The translations under genes and the position numbers were made by a program. Under the pieces are notes generated by a model, which had not been told where the DNA came from, searched no databases, and worked only from the letters and a program-made list of their open reading frames with translations. DNA of 64,000 nucleotides from Verrucomicrobiales bacterium (GTDB taxonomy: Bacteria > Verrucomicrobiota > Verrucomicrobiia > Verrucomicrobiales > DEV007). Below, in pieces: positions 58,016 through 64,000 of the stretch; positions within the stretch are counted from its first letter, which is position 1; each line of letters begins with the position of its first letter. Location of the stretch: NCBI GenBank assembly GCA_016795385.1, contig JAEUHI010000073.1, positions 15,322 through 79,321 of the forward strand, in the 5' to 3' direction.

Positions 58016-58642
58016 TCAGAAATCCGCCGTCCGTGGGGGCTCCTCCCGCTCCTTCAGAGCCTCCGCGAGGCGTGCGACGGCGGCGAGCATGGCGTCGCGC
58101 TGGGCGATGCGTTCGGACTCGGAAAGGGTTTCGCCATGGTGGTGGAGGATCTCGGTGCCGGTGAGAAGGACGGAGAGGGACTCCCGCAGGCTGCCGGCGA
58201 TCGGTTTGGGCGCGCACGTCGGATCGGCGGCGGACTCGCCGGATCGCTCCAACCGTCTCCCCGACTCAAGCCATTGATGTACCGCCCTCACGAGATCCTC
58301 GCGCACGACCGGCTTTGTCAGGTAAGCGTCCGCTCCCAGGCGACGGGCCTCGTCGAGATCCCCGTTTTCGCCGAAGGCACTGAGAAACAGAAAAGGCGTG
58401 CGATCGAAGATATGATCCGATCTCAGTGCGGTGAGGACGCCGCGGCCGTCGAGGACCGGCATCATCTGATCGCAGAGGATCAGATCGGGTCTCTCGCGAC
58501 GGGCGACCTCCAGTCCCGCTTTGCCGTCCGGTGCCGTGAGGACCCGGTATCCCTCCAGCTCGAGGAGGAGGGCGAGATTGGCCCGAAGCGTGGCTTGATC
58601 CTCGATCACGAGGAGGGTTCGGGAGAGGGGCTCGGCGTGCAT
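58016..58642 (-). CDS. response-regulator receiver protein with a DHp(HisKA)-like C-terminal helix pair lacking the phospho-acceptor His
   Basis: REC: LLVIEDQ...LILCDQMMPVLDG...LSAFG...DAYLTKP, about 50% identical to the REC of 54476..55147. The tail AGSLRESLSVLLTGTEILHHHGETLSESER aligns with the kinase SHEFRTPLGMTMSALELLRHHRARLSDEKQ with the His replaced by Gly. Start at ATG 58642. Confidence 0.8.
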   Translation of the reverse strand: MHAEPLSRTLLVIEDQATLRANLALLLELEGYRVLTAPDGKAGLEVARRERPDLILCDQMMPVLDGRGVLTALRSDHIFDRTPFLFLSAFGENGDLDEARRLGADAYLTKPVVREDLVRAVHQWLESGRRLERSGESAADPTCAPKPIAGSLRESLSVLLTGTEILHHHGETLSESERIAQRDAMLAAVARLAEALKEREEPPRTADF

Positions 58643-58676
58643 GGGAGGTAGGGTGGAAAAGCATGCCCCGGAATTT

Positions 58677-58711
58677 CGAATCCGGATATGGGACGAAGGT
58701 CCTGTATCCGG
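58677..58711 (-). promoter_or_regulatory. shared upstream motif, copy B (35 nt upstream of the REC-DHp-like gene ATG)
   Basis: Plus strand CGAATCCGGATATGGGACGAAGGTCCTGTATCCGG. 25 of 35 positions are identical to copy A. Confidence 0.5.
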
Positions 58712-58758
58712 GGGCGTGGACCTCGTTTTCCGTAGGACTTTCATTCTACCCCCCGGCC

Positions 58759-58786
58759 TTGACGCCGCGCCGCGCCTCGCTATAAG
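58759..58786 (+). promoter_or_regulatory. candidate sigma70-type promoter (TTGACG-N16-TATAAG) for the fabL-fabG-ACP unit
   Basis: TTGACG at 58759-58764 and TATAAG at 58781-58786, about 70 nt upstream of ATG 58855 in the divergent intergenic region. Confidence 0.45.
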
Positions 58787-58854
58787 TTGGCGGCTCCCGC
58801 GGTTTCCGGGCCTCATTCCCGGGGATCTCGTTTCTTGTTTTTACTATATTTCCA

Positions 58855-59610
58855 ATGTCTGAACCGCTCGCTGGCAAAGTCGCCTTCATTTCCGGGGGAT
58901 CCCGGGGGATCGGTCGTGCCACGGCCCTGAAACTGGCCGGAGCGGGTGCCGATGTGGCCATTCTTTATTACAACAGCCACGAGGAAGCCGAAGCCGTCTG
59001 TGAGCAGATTCGCGGGATGGGGCGCAAGGCTCTCGCCGTGCAGGCGGATGTCAGCAGCCCCGACAGCGTGGGCGAAGCCTTCGAGGAATTCAAAAAGCAT
59101 TTCGACCGCGTCGATTTCGTGATCAGCAATGCCGCGCTGGGCGTCTTGAAACCGGCCTTGGAAATGACCCTGAAGCATTTCCGCCGCTGCATGGAGACGA
59201 ATGCGCTGGCGCTCAACACCTTGGCCCAGAACGCGGTGCCGATGATGAGCGCCGGGGGATCGATCATCGGCCTGACCAGTCTCGGCTCGGAGCGGGCCAT
59301 CCCGAATTACACCTTCATCGGCGCCTCGAAGGCCGCCCTCGAGGCCCTCGCCCGCGGTCTCGCCCAGGAGCTGGGACCGCAAGGGATCCGCGTCAATTGC
59401 GTGAGCGCCGGCGTCGTCGATACCGATGCCCTCAAACATTTCCCCAATCGCGAGCACCTTCTCGACGAATACAAGGTCCGCACGCCGCTCGGCCCGACTC
59501 TGACGCCCGAGCAGGTCGCCGACGCGGTTTACCTCCTCTGTCTGCCCGAGGCCGGTATGATCACCGGCCACACCCTTTTTGTCGACGGCGGTTACGCCAT
59601 TTCCGGATGA
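58855..59610 (+). CDS. fabL: enoyl-[acyl-carrier-protein] reductase, FabL type (SDR)
   Basis: Collinear with B. subtilis FabL, including the near-identical block DTDALKHFPNRE plus GASKAALEAL and TGHTLFVDGG. Cofactor loop SGGSRGIG. Confidence 0.8.
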   Translation: MSEPLAGKVAFISGGSRGIGRATALKLAGAGADVAILYYNSHEEAEAVCEQIRGMGRKALAVQADVSSPDSVGEAFEEFKKHFDRVDFVISNAALGVLKPALEMTLKHFRRCMETNALALNTLAQNAVPMMSAGGSIIGLTSLGSERAIPNYTFIGASKAALEALARGLAQELGPQGIRVNCVSAGVVDTDALKHFPNREHLLDEYKVRTPLGPTLTPEQVADAVYLLCLPEAGMITGHTLFVDGGYAISG

Positions 59611-60371
59611 GCGCGACCCCTTTCCAGATCGAGGACGGCCTCTCCGGCCGCTTCGCCCTCGTCACCGGCGGCAGTCGCGGCATCGGCCGGGCCATCGTCG
59701 AGCGCCTCGCAAGGGCTGGCATGGACGTGACCTTCACCTATCTCGGCAACGAGGCGGCGGCGAATGCGGTCGTGTCGGAAAATCCCGGTCTGCAAATCAC
59801 CGCGGTGAAGGTCGACGGTCGCGACAGCGCCGCGGTCAACGTCTGCATCGAGACGATCGTGGAGCGGACCGGCCGGATCGACGTGCTCGTGAACAACGCG
59901 GGCGTGATCCGCGACAACCTCCTCCCCATGCTCGAGGACGACGATCTCAAGGCCGTCTTCGAGACCAACATCGAGGGGGTTTTTCACTTTTGCCGCGCCG
60001 TCGTGCCGCACATGATGTCGAAACGCTACGGTCGCATCGTCAATCTCAGCTCCGTCTCCGCGACCAAGGGCGGCCGGGGCCAGACGAACTACGCCGCCAG
60101 CAAGGGCGCGATCAATTCCTTCACCCAGTCCCTCGCCGTCGAGGTGGGACGCCGCGGCCTCCGCGTCAACGCCGTCGCGCCCGGCGTGATCGAGACCGAC
60201 ATGTCCGCCGAGGTCCGCAGCCTCGGAGGTGACGAAATCCTTTCCAATATCGTCCTGAAGCGCTATGGTCAGCCCGCCGAGATCGCCGAGGCGGTGTGGT
60301 TCCTGAGTTCCGACCTTTCCGGTTACATCACCGGGCAGGTCCTGAGCGTGGACGGCGGATTCAAAATGTAA
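59607..60371 (+). CDS. fabG: 3-oxoacyl-[acyl-carrier-protein] reductase (FabG family SDR)
   Basis: VTGGSRGIGRAI, NNAGV, the catalytic YAASKGA, and NAVAPGVIETDM. The ATG overlaps the fabL stop (ATGA at 59607-59610). Confidence 0.8.
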   Translation: MSATPFQIEDGLSGRFALVTGGSRGIGRAIVERLARAGMDVTFTYLGNEAAANAVVSENPGLQITAVKVDGRDSAAVNVCIETIVERTGRIDVLVNNAGVIRDNLLPMLEDDDLKAVFETNIEGVFHFCRAVVPHMMSKRYGRIVNLSSVSATKGGRGQTNYAASKGAINSFTQSLAVEVGRRGLRVNAVAPGVIETDMSAEVRSLGGDEILSNIVLKRYGQPAEIAEAVWFLSSDLSGYITGQVLSVDGGFKM

Positions 60372-60376
60372 GAGAC

Positions 60377-60793
60377 ATGAGCAACGCAGACATCACCAAA
60401 GAGGAAATCATGGCCATCTACCCGAAGGTGGCGGAAATCATCGCGGACGCCCTCGGCTGCGACGAAGAGGACGTGAAACCCGATTCCTCCCTCATCAACG
60501 ACCTCGACGCCGAGTCGATCGACTTCCTCGACATCGTTTTCCGCCTCGAGCGCGAGTTCAAGGTGAAGATCCCCCGTGGCAAGGCCATGGAGGAAGCCCG
60601 CGGCGAGCTGAGCGAGGAAGAATTCGAGCAGGGCGGCATCGTCACCGACGCCGGCGTCGCGAAGATCCGTGCCTACCTCACCGAGGTGCCGGCTGACCGC
60701 ATCAAGACCCCGCTCAAGGCCGCCGAGATCCCCAAGCTCTTCACGACCGAGACCTTCTGCAAGATGGTCATCCGGGAGCAGAAGGGAGCTTGA
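60377..60793 (+). CDS. acyl carrier protein with about 55-aa C-terminal extension
   Basis: ACP core SSLINDLDAESIDFLDIVFRLEREF with Ser in the DxxS phosphopantetheine site. 138 aa against about 80 for housekeeping AcpP. Start 5 nt after the fabG stop. Confidence 0.75.
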   Translation: MSNADITKEEIMAIYPKVAEIIADALGCDEEDVKPDSSLINDLDAESIDFLDIVFRLEREFKVKIPRGKAMEEARGELSEEEFEQGGIVTDAGVAKIRAYLTEVPADRIKTPLKAAEIPKLFTTETFCKMVIREQKGA

Positions 60794-60839
60794 TCAGCGG
60801 CACGACAGCCGTCAGGCAAAGCCCTTGACTTTTCCGGGC

Positions 60840-60864
60840 ATCGCCCGCCACTGTTGCGGGCGAT
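60840..60864 (+). terminator. GC-rich hairpin after the ACP gene (possible terminator/attenuator)
   Basis: Perfect 9-bp stem ATCGCCCGC / GCGGGCGAT with the 7-nt loop CACTGTT. The tail CTCTTCG is T-poor, so termination efficiency is doubtful. Confidence 0.35.
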
Positions 60865-60922
60865 CTCTTCGACGTGCGGAGCCGAAGCCCGGACTCCCGC
60901 GGTGTGGGGTCTGGTTGGGAGA

Positions 60923-61858
60923 ATGAAACCGCGCACCAGCGACTGGATCTGGGGTCTTTTGATCCTCGGGTCGGCCTTCCTCATGTGGGGGGACTTGGAT
61001 CGTCAGGCGCTGGACCATGCCCTCGGCTTGGGATTTTCCCTGGCGATGGTGCTGCCGGCCCTGCTCGCGCTGTGGTGGCTCGATCGCCTGCCGCCCACCT
61101 CGGCGCGGACCTGGTGGCGGTCCCTTGGCTTCGGGATTTTCATCATCTCGATCCTCGCCACCTACATCCATCTTTACGTGGGCGTCACCGTCACAGAAAA
61201 GGCGGTCGAGAGTGAAGTATTCGATGCCGGCAAGGCGGAAAACCTGGGCGATCTCGCGGGCTCGATTCTTTCCGCGCCGATTTTCGAAGAGACCTTCAAG
61301 GGGCTTCTTCCCTTTCTCATGCTGCTCGGCAGTGTGGATCACGCCGGCCTGAGGCGTCGTGAGGTTGGCCCTTGGCCTGCCTTGCTATCCGGATTGCTGG
61401 TCTGCCTCGCCTTCGGCAGTGCCGAAAACGCCACCCACTTTGCGCGGGATTTCGCGGACTGGCAGGGCCGCCTTTTCTTCGCCTATCTCCACGCCGCTTT
61501 TTCGTTGCCGATGCTCCTGGCGATCGGTTTTGCGGCGCTGCTGCCCACGCTCTCCTCGCGGATCGCCCTCTCCTTGGGGGGATGGGCGGTCTCCGTCGCA
61601 CTTCACGGCCTCTGGAATGCCAAGGTCCTTTTTGGCAACTGGGAAGGGTCGCCCGGGCCGTGGTTCGATCACGCGCCCGCTTTCTCACCGGTTCTTTGTG
61701 TTCTTTGCGTCGGTCTCGTCTACTGGTGGGAGGTGCGGACGCTCCGTCACTGCGGTGCGGATCCGCGCCCTCTTTCCCAACCACCGCGGTCCGGCGAAAC
61801 ATCGGACCTCATCACCGCTCGCGAAGAGATCCTTTCAAGACCGCTCGCTTCCGTCTGA
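60923..61858 (+). CDS. PrsW-family intramembrane glutamic/metallo-protease
   Basis: Polytopic. The EExxK motif in IFEETFKGLLPF, then GSAENATHF, and HAAFS / LHGLWN (HxxxN-type), characteristic of PrsW. Start at ATG 60923. Confidence 0.7.
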   Translation: MKPRTSDWIWGLLILGSAFLMWGDLDRQALDHALGLGFSLAMVLPALLALWWLDRLPPTSARTWWRSLGFGIFIISILATYIHLYVGVTVTEKAVESEVFDAGKAENLGDLAGSILSAPIFEETFKGLLPFLMLLGSVDHAGLRRREVGPWPALLSGLLVCLAFGSAENATHFARDFADWQGRLFFAYLHAAFSLPMLLAIGFAALLPTLSSRIALSLGGWAVSVALHGLWNAKVLFGNWEGSPGPWFDHAPAFSPVLCVLCVGLVYWWEVRTLRHCGADPRPLSQPPRSGETSDLITAREEILSRPLASV

Positions 61859-64000
61859 GGAAGGCGGATCGAATTGAAGAAGGGCCGCCGCCAGGGCGGT
61901 GGAGAGGCTGGTGCCTACCGCGGGACGGAGAAGGAATCGGTTCGCGTCCACATCGGTGCAGGCGAAGACGCCAAGGAGGTGACCCTCATAAGCGGCCGGA
62001 ACGACGATGAGATCGCCGCCTTCCTGAAACCAGCGTTCCAACTCGCGATGATAGGGTGCCCACCGCCACTCCAGTCGCATCTCTTCGAGGCGCAGCGATC
62101 CCGACGCGCCGGCGAGCGCGTCGGCGAGCGGCTCGGAGACGAGATCGTAGGAGATACCGTCGGACGCCGGCGCGACCCGGTCGAAAATCCCGCTCCCGCG
62201 GTAACGCCAGAGCTGGCCCTCCGCAATGCCGACTTTCGTGAAGAGTTCCTCGCAGAGCGTGGCGATCACCTCCGGGGTCCGGCCATGGCGGGTAGCCTCG
62301 ATGACACGCCCGGAGAAACCTTCGATCTCATCGAGACCCTTGGCGCGCCACCGCGAGAGCGTATCCCCGATGAATCCCGTGATGGGCCCGATCACCCACA
62401 AGCTCGCGCCGAAGGCGAGCCAACCGATCGTCGATCCGAGGAACAGATCGGATTTTTCCAGAAAGCCCGAAACCGGATCGCCGATCACGTTTTCGATGAA
62501 GGGGATGGCGGCCACTCCGATGATCCAGAGCTGGCCTTCGACGTGGGGAGGATTCAGGAAAGAACCGCGTTCGAGAGCGATCACCAGTGCGATCGCCGCG
62601 ATCACCGACAAGGCCACCGCCAGATTCGGACCCCACACGGGGCTCAGGCTGAAGAAAAGGGGGACGAGCAGACGCAGGAAGATCGCACTGGCGGCGAGCA
62701 CGCCGATCCGCGGAAGCCGCACATCGGTGCTGCGCCGTTTTCGGAACGCCCATCCGCCGACCACCAGCAGCAGCGGAGCGGTAATGAACCAGGCATAAAA
62801 CGGCCACTCGACTCCTCGTTGGGTGCCGATGAAGAAAAAGATCAGTCGCAGCACGTAGAGCGCGAACCAGACGAGGACGATCTTCGCCGCTTGCACGCAA
62901 AAGCGGTCGCGCCAGGTGCGGATGAGCGGGCCGGGACGTGCCGGCCAGCAGAGCGCCACCCAGAGCCCGGCGTGGGCGAGCAATTGTGCGACCATCCAAT
63001 CCGTCAGACGCATGCACCCGATCAAAAGGGTGTGGATCGAGAAAAGGGCGCCTACCAGAGGGAGGGAGGAATAATCCCTCCAGATCACGAAGCGGACCCG
63101 GTCGACGACGAGGTCGAGCGAATCCGCGACCCATCCGACATGGGATCCGGCGAGGTAGATGGCGAGCCACCAGGCGGCGCGGCTGCCGCCGGAAGGCCCG
63201 CCGAGCAGCAGCAGGATGAGGATGCCGCCTGCCAGAATCACGATCGTGGCCCGGGCCACCGACGATGCGGAAGCTTGGCTCTGATCGAGGGGCAGCTCGC
63301 GCAATTCGGCGTGACCTTGCCATTTCTCATCCGGCGTCAGCCAGACCCCGGCGGAGACGCGCTCGTCCCCGCTCCCTGCCGGATCGATGTAGAAGATCGT
63401 GTTCAAGCCGGGACTCTGGGAAAGCTCCGGGATGCCTCCGAGGCGTTGGGTCCCGAGGGCGGCCAGGGCGCTTCTGGCCTTCGGATCGGTGGGGGCGTCC
63501 CGCAGGGCGAGGATGGCCTGCACCACCGCCCGGGTCGTTCCTGGCGCCGCCGCATATACCTCGATTTTCTGAAAGTCGTCCGCGGTCAATCCACGGCCAT
63601 CCCGGGTCCAATAGAAAAACGAATTCTCTTCGGGTGAGGATTTTGGGGCGGCCTCGGCCTCCTGCGCGAGACGCGGTGGCAGATCGAGCAGATCGAGATA
63701 GACCAGCGAAGGCAGGATGAGGAGCAGGACGATCGCGGCTCTTGAGGCCAGCCACGACCCCGCGCTGCCGAGAGATTCCTGGACCATTTCACCGACCACC
63801 CCCGACGTGCGCCACCGCGCCGGGAGCATCCAGCCGCGGGGGAGCCACACCATCGCGATACCGGCCAGCATCGCCAGCGCATTGCTCCAGAGTTTGGGAT
63901 TGGACCCATCCGTCCCCGTCGTCAGGTTGAGCACGAAGAGCCAGAGCAGGGTGAAGGCGATCCTACCGGCAAGACTCTTCCGCGGACCTTCCTGCCTGAG
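61835..64000 (-). CDS. polytopic membrane protein with C-terminal GAF-like cytoplasmic domain; 5' end outside the window
   Basis: The minus-strand frame stays open to base 64000 (...RKSLAGRIAFTLLWLFVLNLTT...), so the GTG at 63934 is not necessarily the start. At least 10 TM segments. The C-terminal 170 aa (GRTPEVIATLCEELFTKVGIAEGQLW...LLGVFACTD) looks GAF-like. 24-nt convergent overlap with the PrsW gene. Confidence 0.65.
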   Translation of the reverse strand, partial: LRQEGPRKSLAGRIAFTLLWLFVLNLTTGTDGSNPKLWSNALAMLAGIAMVWLPRGWMLPARWRTSGVVGEMVQESLGSAGSWLASRAAIVLLLILPSLVYLDLLDLPPRLAQEAEAAPKSSPEENSFFYWTRDGRGLTADDFQKIEVYAAAPGTTRAVVQAILALRDAPTDPKARSALAALGTQRLGGIPELSQSPGLNTIFYIDPAGSGDERVSAGVWLTPDEKWQGHAELRELPLDQSQASASSVARATIVILAGGILILLLLGGPSGGSRAAWWLAIYLAGSHVGWVADSLDLVVDRVRFVIWRDYSSLPLVGALFSIHTLLIGCMRLTDWMVAQLLAHAGLWVALCWPARPGPLIRTWRDRFCVQAAKIVLVWFALYVLRLIFFFIGTQRGVEWPFYAWFITAPLLLVVGGWAFRKRRSTDVRLPRIGVLAASAIFLRLLVPLFFSLSPVWGPNLAVALSVIAAIALVIALERGSFLNPPHVEGQLWIIGVAAIPFIENVIGDPVSGFLEKSDLFLGSTIGWLAFGASLWVIGPITGFIGDTLSRWRAKGLDEIEGFSGRVIEATRHGRTPEVIATLCEELFTKVGIAEGQLWRYRGSGIFDRVAPASDGISYDLVSEPLADALAGASGSLRLEEMRLEWRWAPYHRELERWFQEGGDLIVVPAAYEGHLLGVFACTDVDANRFLLRPAVGTSLSTALAAALLQFDPPSSDGSERS

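Overview
High-GC bacterial chromosomal segment, above 60% GC by eye. Strong GC3 bias produces many long antisense or out-of-frame shadow ORFs in the six-frame track. Gene content suggests a Verrucomicrobiota/PVC-type organism, but that is inference only: an FGE plus sulfatase pair, a PEGA domain, delta-60/DUF5122 propellers, giant BNR-cadherin-RCC1 proteins, a RAYT-type Y1 transposase, and mostly absent Shine-Dalgarno sites. I support about 35 protein-coding genes and saw no rRNA, tRNA or CRISPR array. Layout: (1) 1-9 kb holds a 5'-truncated FGE-domain protein, an OM beta-barrel, lgt, a possible lnt remnant, and a two-gene BCR/HAD-family (HgdC-type ATPase plus dehydratase-like) pair resembling the plsA-plsR plasmalogen synthase type. 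(2) 9.2-29.6 kb holds three co-oriented genes encoding about 6,700 aa of modular surface proteins. The first is interrupted at a G7 tract. The third is 3,903 aa and contains 14 exact 303-bp tandem cadherin-like units. (3) 29.6-39 kb holds asnS, a GNAT, a PQQ-type sugar dehydrogenase, a sulfatase, a serine hydrolase and a PHP-domain secreted protein. (4) 39-46 kb holds a solitary RAYT-like transposase, a beta-helix / TauE / beta-helix operon and an NHL propeller. (5) 46-52 kb holds guaB, guaA and a Kef-RCK-CBS-EIIA(Ntr) fusion. (6) 52-58.7 kb is a signalling locus with a histidine kinase, two paralogous REC proteins (one LuxR-type, one with a His-less DHp-like tail), a stand-alone globin and a three-gene membrane-protein operon, linked by a shared upstream DNA motif. 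(7) 58.8-64 kb holds FabL-FabG-long ACP, a PrsW-type protease and a 5'-truncated polytopic GAF protein. The best candidates for something undescribed are the giant surface-protein locus with its candidate phase switch and the globin/kinase/pseudo-DHp signalling locus. Neither can be proven novel from sequence alone.
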